A DNA stretch of 59,191 bases from a virus (lineage: Duplodnaviria; Caudoviricetes), in IMG/VR virus record IMGVR_UViG_3300034026_000014, positions 1-59,191 of that record; one strand, 5' to 3'. Positions 28,576 to 37,751 of this stretch are shown here, one piece after another. The notes under the pieces were generated by a model, which ran no database searches, had not been told where the DNA came from, and saw only the letters and a program-made list of their open reading frames with translations. How positions within the stretch are numbered: the first letter of the stretch is position 1; each line of letters begins with the position of its first letter. The translations under genes were made by a program, and so were the position numbers.

Positions 28576-28592
28576 TTGACCGACCGTCGTAT

Positions 28593-28616
28593 TTGATTAA
28601 TCAATTTTTTTTCAAT
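28593..28616. repeat. 24-bp direct repeat, copy 2
   Basis: Identical to 11124-11147. Confidence 0.85.
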
Positions 28617-28639
28617 CCCGGACTCCGCTCCCGACGGGC

Positions 28640-28716
28640 TTAGAAAAAACCTTCTAACTTTACCCGCCCTCCCTCTTCCTATTTTGGAAGTAATTCCGAA
28701 CGATTGACCGTATAAT
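28640..28716 (+). promoter_or_regulatory. Operator TTAGAA-N6-TTCTAA (copy 2, 28640-28657) upstream of TATAAT (28711-28716)
   Basis: Perfect -10 with no good -35, consistent with an activator-dependent promoter. Confidence 0.6.
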
Positions 28717-28746
28717 CCGGGCAGACGTCTCCCGCAGCTGCCCGTC

Positions 28747-29139
28747 ATGAGAGCGTCCTACCTCGCCAGCAACCCGCTCACCGCCCTCGTCCTCTGCACT
28801 ACGTGCGCCCGCCGCAACCTCTTCGACAAGAAAACTTGGGAAGAGGCCGGCTTTCTCCGTTGTGACAACTGCCGCTCGAAAATCTGCTACAAAACAATGC
28901 GGGTAATTCCGGCCGCGTGGGAGGGAGGCATGGCAGAGGGCGAACTGGAGGAGTTGCGGGCGGTCGAGGCGGAGGTGCGTGCCTTCGTGAAATACTTCGA
29001 TCACCACGTCAAGGCGGCCGAGGACAGGGGGAGCAAGCTGCACCCGTTCGCGCCCCGCACCGTCGAGATGGTCGAGAGCTTCAGACCGGCTCTGGAACGC
29101 CTTGACCGGCTGCGCCAAGGCGGGCCGCAGGCCGGCTGA
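28747..29139 (+). CDS. Zn-ribbon hypothetical protein
   Basis: CTTC...CDNC; possible internal start at 28930 (GGAGG). Confidence 0.55.
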   Translation: MRASYLASNPLTALVLCTTCARRNLFDKKTWEEAGFLRCDNCRSKICYKTMRVIPAAWEGGMAEGELEELRAVEAEVRAFVKYFDHHVKAAEDRGSKLHPFAPRTVEMVESFRPALERLDRLRQGGPQAG

Positions 29140-29150
29140 GGGCTCCGCGC

Positions 29151-29173
29151 GTCGCACCCCCTCACGGAATCAA
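29151..29173 (+). promoter_or_regulatory. Late-promoter motif, copy 1 (GTCGCaCCCCCTCACGGAATCAA)
   Basis: Near-identical to the copies at 30280 and 37616; intergenic. Confidence 0.65.
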
Positions 29174-29201
29174 CCATATCCCCGATGTTATACAAACGCT
29201 C

Positions 29202-29762
29202 GTGAGAGGGCGTGTGGACAAGCGGGGCGGGCTTTTCCCGAATGACCGACGGCGCAAGAAGCCCGTGCCGTCGGAGTTCCTCCCGCCGAAGGTGGCCGAG
29301 AACGGCCGCGGCGGCGTGCGGTCGCAGATCCTCAAGCTGCTCCAAGACGCACACTTCCAGGTCGCTGTCACCGACTGTAGTACCGTCCAGACCGTGAACG
29401 GCGAACGCCAGCTCGTCTACCCGGCCGGCTGGCCCGACGTCACGGCCGTGATCCCGGTCACGGGCCGCATCTGGGTCGTCGAGGCGAAGACCGAGGACGG
29501 CGGCGTCAGGCCCGCTCAGGAGGACAGGCTGCTGGAGCTGACCGCCTCCGGGGCACTGGTCACGCTCGCGCGCTCGGCCGACGACGTGGCCGACGAGCTG
29601 AAGAAGCAGGTCGAGTACCTGTGGCAGCACCACAGGCGCGCGTACCAGAACTACCTGACGGCGATCACCCTGCAACGCGAAGCGGCAAGGAAGCGGGCGG
29701 CCGAGCGCAGGGAACGTCAGTCATCCACCCGACAGGGAGTCTCCCGCTCCCGCAAGAGTTAA
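29202..29762 (+). CDS. VRR-NUC-like PD-(D/E)XK nuclease
   Basis: AGWPDV...VVEAKTEDG.VRPAQ...ARSADDV. Confidence 0.75.
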   Translation: MRGRVDKRGGLFPNDRRRKKPVPSEFLPPKVAENGRGGVRSQILKLLQDAHFQVAVTDCSTVQTVNGERQLVYPAGWPDVTAVIPVTGRIWVVEAKTEDGGVRPAQEDRLLELTASGALVTLARSADDVADELKKQVEYLWQHHRRAYQNYLTAITLQREAARKRAAERRERQSSTRQGVSRSRKS

Positions 29763-29776
29763 AGGGGACTCACCGG

Positions 29777-30274
29777 ATGTCCGTAGCAGTCAGAGAGGTC
29801 TCGCCCACGCCGGAATCGTCGCGCAGCGAGTACAAGCGCAACTGGCGGCATAAAAAGAAAGAGGCGAAGCGCGAGGCCGCGCGCGCCGGCCTCACGGCGC
29901 AGCAGGCGGAGGCCGCGGGCCTCGCCGACCTCATCCGCTCCCACTCCTCACAATTCCCGACGCTCAAAATCGAGATCAACGACTTCCTGGCGATGCTGCA
30001 CAAGCGGTCGCACCAGAGCCCCGACGTCGTCGGGGCCGGCGTCTGGAAGGCACTGGAGTGGCCCGGGTCGCTCGAAGACATCTGCGAGGCGACGGGGTTC
30101 GCCGAGTGGGCCGTGCTCCAGGTCCTCGAAGGCATGCGCAGCCTCGGCACGGCCGAGGAGGTGGAGTGCGGCTACAAGGCCGAGGAGACGGACGGGCCTA
30201 AAGGCTGCCGCGCGAAGCGCACCCTGTGGCGCCGCACCGGTAAGGCCCCGCGCACGCTCCACGTCCTCCCCTAG
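29777..30274 (+). CDS. wHTH protein, candidate late-gene activator
   Basis: SLEDICEATGFAEWAVLQVLEGM HTH; sits just before the late operon. Confidence 0.5.
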   Translation: MSVAVREVSPTPESSRSEYKRNWRHKKKEAKREAARAGLTAQQAEAAGLADLIRSHSSQFPTLKIEINDFLAMLHKRSHQSPDVVGAGVWKALEWPGSLEDICEATGFAEWAVLQVLEGMRSLGTAEEVECGYKAEETDGPKGCRAKRTLWRRTGKAPRTLHVLP

Positions 30275-30279
30275 TCCCG

Positions 30280-30330
30280 CCGCCTGTCGCCCCCCCTCAC
30301 GGAATCAAAACTCTATCCGGTCTAGTCTCG
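30280..30330 (+). promoter_or_regulatory. Late-promoter motif, copy 2
   Basis: CCGCCTGTCGCCCCCCCTCACGGAATCAAAA-N12-TAGTCTCG. Confidence 0.75.
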
Positions 30331-30433
30331 CGCGCGTGGCGGGAGCGGCCGCCGAGCACTCATAGCGAGGCGAAGCCGACCAACCTACGTGACCTGTCGC
30401 CCTGTGCCTTGGCCGCGACCGCCCGGAATACTT

Positions 30434-30682
30434 ATGGTCAAAGAGAAACTCGACGAACTCTTCTGCGCCGCCCTGGACCAACTCATGCGCGCGCTCTTCG
30501 CGCTGCGCGAGATGGCGTGGCTCAACCGCCGGATGACGGCCCGGGGCCTCGTCCTCGCCGTGGCCTTCGTCGCCGCGCGCCTCGGTTTCGAAATCTCCCC
30601 GGCCACCCAGGCGACTCTCGGCACCCTTTTTATCCTCTATCTCGGCGTCGTCGGCAGGGACAGGCACCGGAAGAGTCTCTAG
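30434..30682 (+). CDS. Small 2-TM membrane protein (holin-like)
   Basis: Two TM segments, basic C-terminus, first late gene. Confidence 0.5.
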   Translation: MVKEKLDELFCAALDQLMRALFALREMAWLNRRMTARGLVLAVAFVAARLGFEISPATQATLGTLFILYLGVVGRDRHRKSL

Positions 30683-30714
30683 GAAAGTAACCAGTGGACG
30701 GAAGGGAACACCCG

Positions 30715-31026
30715 ATGACAGGCGGCGGCCTCCTCGCAACGGCTTTCATGATGGCCGTCACTTACGCGTCGGGCTGGCTGCTCGACGTCTCCGGCAGGCT
30801 GGGCGACGCCTGGGCGCACATCACGCCCGGACAGGCGGCGTTCATCATCGGCCTGCTGACCTACTGCACCCACCACGGGAAAGAGCCGGCGCGCAGGGTG
30901 ACCGCGTGGGCCGCGGGGCACGCCGTCGGCGCCTTGAGGAGGGCGCCCCTGGCGTGGCTGAGCGCCGTGACGGTCGTGGCCCTCGTCGCCATCGTGTTGC
31001 TCGCGCGCGCGGCGTTCGGCGGGTAA
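30715..31026 (+). CDS. Membrane protein (holin-like)
   Basis: 2-3 hydrophobic segments. Confidence 0.5.
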   Translation: MTGGGLLATAFMMAVTYASGWLLDVSGRLGDAWAHITPGQAAFIIGLLTYCTHHGKEPARRVTAWAAGHAVGALRRAPLAWLSAVTVVALVAIVLLARAAFGG

Positions 31027-31035
31027 CCCGTGCGG

Positions 31036-31218
31036 ATGAATCACCTTGCCGTCGAGTGCCCCGGCTGCCGCGAGTGGATGTCGCTCTCGCAGTTCGACCT
31101 GACCTGGACGGCGCGCGAGGGGTTGACGGTCGCGGGCGAGATCGAGTGCCCGAACCCGGACTGCGAACTCGTCTTCGCCGTGGAGCGGGGCGAGGCGGTC
31201 TACGAGGCCAAGGGATGA
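31036..31218 (+). CDS. Small Zn-ribbon protein
   Basis: CPGC...CPNPDC. Confidence 0.55.
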   Translation: MNHLAVECPGCREWMSLSQFDLTWTAREGLTVAGEIECPNPDCELVFAVERGEAVYEAKG

Positions 31219-31805
31219 GAGAGGCCCTCGAAGCGATGACCCGCGCCCTCCTCGCCGCGCAGACGACGCGCGACCTGGAGACCGGCGGGCATACGCCGCG
31301 CGTGCGGCGCCTCGCGCTGCGCCTGGCGCGCGAGTTGTCCCTCACGGGCGACGACCTGCGCGCCGTCGAGTACGGCGCCCTCCTGCACGACATCGGTAAG
31401 ATCGGCACCCCCGACCGCGTGCTGCGAAAGCCCGGGCCCCACACGCCCGCTGAGAAGTCCGTCATGCGCGGTCACGTCGCCGCCGGCGCCCTCCTGCTCC
31501 GCTCCCTCGGCTTCCCCGAATCAATCGTCACGGTCGTCGAGCAGCACCACGAGCGCTGGGACGGCGCGGGCTACCCCCGGAGCCTCCGGCGGTACGAGAT
31601 CGCGCCGGCGGCGCGCTGCTTCCAGGTGGCCGACGCGCTAGACGCGATCCTGAGCGACCGCGTCTACCGGCGCGCCCGCTCGTTCGACGCCGCGCGCGCC
31701 CAGATCGAGCACGGCGGGGGCAAGCAGTTCGACCCGGAGGCGGTCGCCGCGTTCCTGCGCGTCCCGCAGGCCGAGTGGCTCGAGCTATTCCACGGCGGGG
31801 GGTGA
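31215..31805 (+). CDS. Stand-alone HD-GYP phosphodiesterase
   Basis: TGGHT.RV, LLHDIGKIG, HHERWDGAGYP, VADALDAI.SDRVYR, QFDP. Confidence 0.9.
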   Translation: MREALEAMTRALLAAQTTRDLETGGHTPRVRRLALRLARELSLTGDDLRAVEYGALLHDIGKIGTPDRVLRKPGPHTPAEKSVMRGHVAAGALLLRSLGFPESIVTVVEQHHERWDGAGYPRSLRRYEIAPAARCFQVADALDAILSDRVYRRARSFDAARAQIEHGGGKQFDPEAVAAFLRVPQAEWLELFHGGG

Positions 31806-32455
31806 GGGCGGTGTTAGAAATCGTCGAAGAATACCCGCTGCCGCCGGAAGAATTGCGCGTGCCCGGCTACGAGATGGAAAACGCGCCGGAGGTCATCGAG
31901 TGGCTGCGCCGAATGTTCATCAACGAAGACGCCCCGATGATGAACCCGGAGCACGCGCACCTGCGCAAGGCCGACCTGGTCGCGGTCTGGACGAACAAGG
32001 TCTACGTCGAGGGCGGCGTCCCGGTGGTCGGGCAGGCGGAGATAATCAAGCCTTCGGGGAAGCCCTGGGCCGTGGTGGACAAGGTGGATCGCCTCTGCAT
32101 CCTCCACGGGAAGATACCGCAGGCGCGCATCTGGATTTACGGCCCGGCGTGGTTCGAGCGCGGGTTCTGGCGCGCCTGCGCCGTCGGCGAGCACGAGCTC
32201 GGACACTTAGAGCAGAAGGTAGACGGCGAGGGCGAAAAGGTCTACGACGACGAAAAGAACGGCCGGCCGGTGCTGTGCATGCAGGCCCACGACGTCGAGG
32301 AGAACGTCTACATCATGCAGCGGTACGGCCCCGACTACTGCGCGGGGAAGAGCAGGGAGTTCGTCGAGGCGGCGCTGCGGCCGCCCCTCTTCGCCCCGCC
32401 GTCCCCCCCCTTCGAGTCGCGGCCTTACGCGTGCGGCTGCGGAAAGAAGGTGTGA
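31802..32455 (+). CDS. Phage putative metallopeptidase
   Basis: NPEHAHL, HELGH (HExxH), HDVEE. Confidence 0.75.
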   Translation: MRAVLEIVEEYPLPPEELRVPGYEMENAPEVIEWLRRMFINEDAPMMNPEHAHLRKADLVAVWTNKVYVEGGVPVVGQAEIIKPSGKPWAVVDKVDRLCILHGKIPQARIWIYGPAWFERGFWRACAVGEHELGHLEQKVDGEGEKVYDDEKNGRPVLCMQAHDVEENVYIMQRYGPDYCAGKSREFVEAALRPPLFAPPSPPFESRPYACGCGKKV

Positions 32456-32456
32456 C

Positions 32457-32738
32457 GTGGACGTTGACGGCGAGAGGCTGGGCAGGGTCGCGCAGGCCGC
32501 CTTCGACCGCGTCGCCGGCGACCGGCGCTGGGAGCTGGCCATCGCCAGGGCCAAGGCCCAGATCGAGGAGAACCCCTACATGTACTTCGAAGGGGGCGCG
32601 CTCCTGGTGCTGAGCCCGTCGGGCAATCTCTACAGCGCGGGGCGGGCGTGCCAGTGCAGGGCATACCTCAACCGCCGGCCGTGCTGGCACAGGGCGGCCG
32701 CGCGACTGCTGGAGCGGTATTTCGAGCGCGGCACCTGA
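32457..32738 (+). CDS. SWIM zinc-finger protein
   Basis: CQCRAYLNRRPCWHRAAA. Confidence 0.7.
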   Translation: MDVDGERLGRVAQAAFDRVAGDRRWELAIARAKAQIEENPYMYFEGGALLVLSPSGNLYSAGRACQCRAYLNRRPCWHRAAARLLERYFERGT

Positions 32739-32760
32739 CCGCAGGCGAAACGTTGAAGTC

Positions 32761-33144
32761 ATGGCAGACGGGAGGAGAACAAACGGCGGCGCGCGCCCCG
32801 GCGCCGGCCGCAAGGCCAAGGCGACCGAGGCCGACCTTCAGAAGCGGCTGAAGAAGGCCCTTCAGGCGGACGGGAAGGACCGCCTCGACCGCATGTTCCA
32901 GCTGTGGGTCGAGGACACTGAGGCCGAATCGTTCAGGATACGCCACGCGGCTCGCACGTCGCTCGCCGCCTACCTCTACGGTAAGCCCGTGCAGCGGGTC
33001 CTCGTCGAGGAAGACCCGCCCGACGAGGGCCGCGGCCCGGTCGATCTTTCACAACTGAATAATGAGGAGTTAGACGTCCTTGAGCGCGCCGGCGAAATCA
33101 TTACCAGGGCTCGACGAAGTAAGGGCCGAAAAGGCAAGGCGTAG
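32761..33144 (+). CDS. Terminase small subunit (putative)
   Basis: GGARPGAGRK N-terminus, YGKPVQ, DLSQL..EEL; precedes terL. Confidence 0.7.
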   Translation: MADGRRTNGGARPGAGRKAKATEADLQKRLKKALQADGKDRLDRMFQLWVEDTEAESFRIRHAARTSLAAYLYGKPVQRVLVEEDPPDEGRGPVDLSQLNNEELDVLERAGEIITRARRSKGRKGKA

Positions 33145-34783
33145 CCTCGCCTCCTTCGTCCGTTACAGCTGGCACGTCCTGGAGCCCTCGACGCCTCTGG
33201 TCTGGAACTGGCACATGGACGGCGTTGCGCTCCACACTCAGGCCGCGCTAGAGGACTGGATGGAGGCGCAGCGCTGGCTGGCGCGCGAGCAGGAGCGAAC
33301 AGAGGAGAGACCAGACGAAGAGCCCGAGCCGCCCTTCGTCCAGCGCATCAAGGACCTCCTCTTCAACGTCCCGCCGGGCTCGGCGAAGTCGCGCATCATC
33401 AGCGTCTGCACGCCGGCGTGGATGTGGCTGAAGTGGCCCGAGTGGCGCGCCATCTTCCTCTCGTCCAACCCGCGCGTCGCGCTGCGCGACAGCGGCTACT
33501 GCCGCGACCTCATCGAGTCCGAGTGGTACCAGACTTCGTTCAGACCCGACTGGCAGATTCGGCCGGACCAGAACGCGGTCGGGCTGTACCGGAACACGCG
33601 CGGCGGCTTTCGCCAGGCGCTCGGCTTCCTGGCGAAGATCACCGGCGACCGCGGCGACGCGCTCTTCATTGACGACCCGAACGACCCGGAAGAGGTGCAT
33701 TCTGAGACGATACGCACCTCGGTGAACGACCGGTTCACCTCGACGATCTACAACCGCGTCAACGATCTCCGCACCTCACTGCGCATCGGCATCCAACAGC
33801 GGCTGCACGAGGACGACTTCAGTGGCCACTGGCTGAAAAAGAAGCGCAACGTCGTTCACGTCTGCATCCCGATGCTGTTTGAACCCGCGCGCTACGAGTC
33901 CGAAGCGGACCACATCCCCCGCGAGACTCCGATCGGCTGGAGTGACCCTCGTACCGAAGAGGGAGAGCTGCTCGATCCGAAGCGCTTCCCCACGGAGGTA
34001 GTCGAGGAGGAGAGGGAGCGGCTCGGGAGTTTCGGCTTCGCCGGCCAGCACCAACAGCGCCCGTCGCCCGCCGGCGGGGGCATGCTGAAAGACCACTGGT
34101 GGCGTTACTGGGTACCCAGAGGGGCGACCCTGCCGGGCGGCAAGCCGTACCCGCCCGTCGAGGCCAAACTCGAAGACGGCACGCCCTTTCACTGCCCTGT
34201 CGTCGAGCTGCCCGACGACTTGGAGGAGCTGCTCCAGTCTTGGGACATGACATTCAAGGACACGAAGGCTTCGGCCTACGTCGTCGGCCAGGTGTGGGGC
34301 CGCAAGCTCGCCGACCGGTTTCTCCTCGACGAGGTCCGCGAGAAGATGGACTTCCCCAAGACGCTCAAGGCCGTCTTGGATGTAACGGAAAAGTGGCCCG
34401 GGGCCGTCCTCAAACTCGTCGAGGAGAAGGCCAACGGCGCCGCCGTCATCCAGACGCTCCGGAGCCACGTGTCGGGACTGGTGGCCATCGAGCCGGATGG
34501 CTCGAAGGAGGCGCGCTGCGCGGCCGTCTCGCCCGTGATCGAGTCGGGCAACGTCTACCTGCCGCACCCGATGCTCTACCACTGGGTGTACGGATTCACA
34601 GGAGAGTGCGGCGTCTTCCCTAACGGCACCTACAAAGACCGGGTGGACGCGATGACGCAGGCGCTCAACCGCTGGGGCGGGCCCCGCCCCTCGATCTCGG
34701 TCGGCTCGACGACGGGCGGGCCGCCGGCCCAGCAGGCGTCGCCGCTCGCGTCCATCCTCGGGCGGCTGAGAGGACAGTCATGA
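33080..34783 (+). CDS. terL: Terminase large subunit
   Basis: NVPPGSAKS Walker A, FIDDP Walker B, QRLHEDD, SWD, EEKANG and DRVDA nuclease motifs. Confidence 0.95.
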   Translation: MSAPAKSLPGLDEVRAEKARRSLASFVRYSWHVLEPSTPLVWNWHMDGVALHTQAALEDWMEAQRWLAREQERTEERPDEEPEPPFVQRIKDLLFNVPPGSAKSRIISVCTPAWMWLKWPEWRAIFLSSNPRVALRDSGYCRDLIESEWYQTSFRPDWQIRPDQNAVGLYRNTRGGFRQALGFLAKITGDRGDALFIDDPNDPEEVHSETIRTSVNDRFTSTIYNRVNDLRTSLRIGIQQRLHEDDFSGHWLKKKRNVVHVCIPMLFEPARYESEADHIPRETPIGWSDPRTEEGELLDPKRFPTEVVEEERERLGSFGFAGQHQQRPSPAGGGMLKDHWWRYWVPRGATLPGGKPYPPVEAKLEDGTPFHCPVVELPDDLEELLQSWDMTFKDTKASAYVVGQVWGRKLADRFLLDEVREKMDFPKTLKAVLDVTEKWPGAVLKLVEEKANGAAVIQTLRSHVSGLVAIEPDGSKEARCAAVSPVIESGNVYLPHPMLYHWVYGFTGECGVFPNGTYKDRVDAMTQALNRWGGPRPSISVGSTTGGPPAQQASPLASILGRLRGQS

Positions 34784-35052
34784 GCGAACAGAAACACGCG
34801 CCGGAGTTCAGCGTCGCGGGCTGCGTCCCAGAGCCGGTCGCCGTCGAATTCGCCGACGGCGTCAGGCAGGTGCCCGGCGCCGTCGTCCGCGAGCTGGGCG
34901 GCGGCGAGGCCCTGAAGAAGATGTCGGCGCAGCTCGGCCGGCTCACGTACGCGGACTTCATGCGCGCCTACGGCGACGACCGGGCCGGCCGGGCAGTCTC
35001 CGCGGCGCTCAACTCAATGGTCGGTCAGCACTTAAGGATGTTCACGCGATGA
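34780..35052 (+). CDS. Hypothetical protein
   Basis: ATGA-coupled between terL and portal. Confidence 0.6.
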   Translation: MSEQKHAPEFSVAGCVPEPVAVEFADGVRQVPGAVVRELGGGEALKKMSAQLGRLTYADFMRAYGDDRAGRAVSAALNSMVGQHLRMFTR

Positions 35053-37076
35053 GCATAGTGGGCAGGGTGATTACGGGAGCGCGGTCGCTCGCGGCGGGGG
35101 CGCTGGCCCTCACGGGCTGGCCGGGGGAAGAGAAGTCCCTCGACGACCAGATGATGGGCGGCGTGACGGCCAACCAGGGCGGCGCCGCGATGGTCGTGCT
35201 GCGGAACGCCCCCGCCGACTTGTCGCGCCTCTTCGCCAAGCGCAGGGTGCTGCTGCTCAGGCAGTACGCCGAGCACTCCGAGACCGTGCGCGCTGCCATC
35301 GACATCTACCGCGACCTGATCGAGCAGGCCGAGTGGCAGGTCACGCCCTACGACCGCACGCGCCCGATGGACGAGGGGGTCCGCGCCGAGATCGAGGAGC
35401 TGCTCTCTAGCCCGAACGGCTTCGAGCCCTACAGCACGACCAAGGCGAAGTGCCTCGTCGAGGACTTCCTCGTCGTCGGGCACGGCGGCGTCGAGCTGGG
35501 CATCCGCCGGGACACCACGCCCTGGGGACTCTTCCCCCTCGACGCCGAGCGCCTGGCCTTCGTGCCCGGCTGGGACGGCACCGACCCGACGCTCCCGCGC
35601 TACGCGGAGCTCGACTTCGACGGGCGGGTCCGCCGCTGGCTCCCCGACCAGATGTGCATGACGCTGGTCAACCGCCCCCGCTCCTACGACCCCCTCGGGC
35701 TCTCGCACGTCGAGGTCCTCGACACGGCCATCCGCGCGCTCCTCCAGGGCAGCGACCAGTTCCTCCAGCAGATGATAGACCGCACCCCGGGCGGCGCCCT
35801 CGACCTGGGCGAGGGGTACACCAAGGAGCAGCTCGACGCGTTCCGGCAGGAGATTCAGCAGATCAGGAATTTCTTCGCCGTCGTCTCGAGCGGCAAGGCC
35901 AAGTTCGTCCCCTTCAACGCCAGCGAGCGCGACCTGAGAGCGCTCGACAAGATGCTCTTCTTCAAGCGCATGGTGGCGGCCATCTTCCAGCTCCCGCTGG
36001 CCATGCTCGGCGAGCTGGTGGACTCCTCGCGCGCCAACACCGAGGCGCTGCTGGAGAACGCCGACCGCGGCCCGGGCGCGCTGCTGTGGCGCATCCGGGG
36101 TGCGGAGAACCGTCACCTGGTGCTGAGGTGGGGGCCGTACGCGAAACATAACTGCATGGTGGATTACCCCATCATGTCGCGGCGGGACGAGAAGCAGCAG
36201 GCGGAAATCTCTTCCACCCAGACGGGGAAGAGCGCCTGGGCCTCGACCAACGACGCGCGGCGCGCCTCCGGCCTCGAGCCCCTGGACCTCCCCATCGCCG
36301 ACGAGGTCCTCGTGCCGACGAAGGCGGGCCGCGTCCCGCTCGCCGCGTTGAACGCGCAGTATTTCGATGGCAAAAAGCTCAGGGAGCCGGCGGACGAGGC
36401 AGGCGGCGAAGGGGATGAAACGGGCGAGGCTGACGAGGACGACCGCGGGCCGGAGGGCAAGCGCCTGGCGGTGCGCGCCGGCCGGGCGAAGAACCTCAAG
36501 GCCCCGGTGCGCGTCGTCTCCGGCGGCGGGCGTTTGTTGCCGCGCGCGGGGCTCCCGCTCGAGCACGCCGTCGGGAAGTCCCTGCACAAGTATTCGACGA
36601 CGCAGGTTGACCTGCCCGAAGACGTCGCCGACGAGATCACGGCCTTCGGCGAGGACATCCCCGACGAGGACTTGGCCGACGGCGGCCGCGAAGGCTTCCC
36701 GCACGTCACGGTCAAGTACGGGCTGCACGCCGACGGGGCGGGCGAACTGAAGGAGCTGCTGAAGGGCGTCAAACCCTTCCAGATCACGATGGGGAAGACG
36801 GCCATCTTCGAATGCGAGGACTTCGACGTCGTCATGGTCGAGGTCAAGGGCGCCGCGCTCCGGAGGCTGAATAAGAAAATCGCCGGCGCGCTGGAGCACA
36901 CCGACACGCACCCCGAGTACAAGCCGCACGCGACCGTCGCCTACGTGAAATCCGGAAAAGGGGAGTTATACTCCGGAGACAATTTCCTCCAGGGGACAAA
37001 GGTGAAGGTAGAGGCCGTAACGTTCTGCAACAAAGCGGGGAAGAGGACGATCATTATGCTCGACGGAGGTGAGTAA
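35049..37076 (+). CDS. Portal protein fused to a C-terminal 2H phosphoesterase (Acb1-like)
   Basis: HK97-type portal motifs (GLSHVE, AAIFQLP..MLG, TNDARRASGLEPL), acidic linker, then HVT and HAT 2H motifs. Confidence 0.85.
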   Translation: MSIVGRVITGARSLAAGALALTGWPGEEKSLDDQMMGGVTANQGGAAMVVLRNAPADLSRLFAKRRVLLLRQYAEHSETVRAAIDIYRDLIEQAEWQVTPYDRTRPMDEGVRAEIEELLSSPNGFEPYSTTKAKCLVEDFLVVGHGGVELGIRRDTTPWGLFPLDAERLAFVPGWDGTDPTLPRYAELDFDGRVRRWLPDQMCMTLVNRPRSYDPLGLSHVEVLDTAIRALLQGSDQFLQQMIDRTPGGALDLGEGYTKEQLDAFRQEIQQIRNFFAVVSSGKAKFVPFNASERDLRALDKMLFFKRMVAAIFQLPLAMLGELVDSSRANTEALLENADRGPGALLWRIRGAENRHLVLRWGPYAKHNCMVDYPIMSRRDEKQQAEISSTQTGKSAWASTNDARRASGLEPLDLPIADEVLVPTKAGRVPLAALNAQYFDGKKLREPADEAGGEGDETGEADEDDRGPEGKRLAVRAGRAKNLKAPVRVVSGGGRLLPRAGLPLEHAVGKSLHKYSTTQVDLPEDVADEITAFGEDIPDEDLADGGREGFPHVTVKYGLHADGAGELKELLKGVKPFQITMGKTAIFECEDFDVVMVEVKGAALRRLNKKIAGALEHTDTHPEYKPHATVAYVKSGKGELYSGDNFLQGTKVKVEAVTFCNKAGKRTIIMLDGGE

Positions 37077-37287
37077 ATTGCAAGTTGCAGAAGTCAAGGC
37101 GTTAGAGCCACTGGCGGAGGTCGTCGAACTCACACCGCAGGCGCGGTACGTCATCGTCCTGCCCGATAATGTGACCCAGCAATCGGTCGAGGCGCTGCGC
37201 AATGCGATACTGAAGCAAGGAGTCGAAAACATAATCGTAGCCGGTGTCGGTGACGTGCATATTTATGAAATCCGCAGTGACTCCTGA
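37069..37287 (+). CDS. Hypothetical protein
   Basis: Coupled ORF. Confidence 0.5.
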   Translation: MSKLQVAEVKALEPLAEVVELTPQARYVIVLPDNVTQQSVEALRNAILKQGVENIIVAGVGDVHIYEIRSDS

Positions 37288-37582
37288 CGCCTTCACGATA
37301 GGTAATAAAGCCGCATACGACCGCGCGGCCGCGGAAGGCGCCACCAAAGTAGGGCGCACCGACGGCTACGACGGCGGGGCTGTCTGGCCGACCCGGGAGG
37401 AAGCCCGGAGGTGGCTCGACGAGCGGGGCGGCTGCATCTCCTTCGAGGGGCGCCCGCCCGTCCCGTGTGCCGTCTACGGCCTCATCCTGCCCCACGGATG
37501 GGACTCGGACGTGGACAGCTCTCACTACCGCGAGGAGGGCTTTCACCGGCTCATAAACGACGCGCCCATCGTCGCACTCTGA
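37265..37582 (+). CDS. Hypothetical protein
   Basis: Coding-like 105-aa ORF. Confidence 0.5.
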   Translation: MKSAVTPDAFTIGNKAAYDRAAAEGATKVGRTDGYDGGAVWPTREEARRWLDERGGCISFEGRPPVPCAVYGLILPHGWDSDVDSSHYREEGFHRLINDAPIVAL

Positions 37583-37615
37583 ACCCCTGACGCCGCGCAC
37601 ATTTATCCCCCCGCT

Positions 37616-37666
37616 CCGCCTGTCGCCCCCCCTCACGGAATCAAAATTTAACATGCTTTAGTCTCG
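37616..37666 (+). promoter_or_regulatory. Late-promoter motif, copy 3
   Basis: 31 bp identical to 30280-30310, with TAGTCTCG at the same distance; upstream of the protease/capsid genes. Confidence 0.75.
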
Positions 37667-37751
37667 GCCCCGCACGCGCAGGGGGAGGCGACCCTGCACT
37701 CCGCACCGCCAAACGAGCGGAGAAGCGCCTCCCGCCTGCGCACCCGAGACG

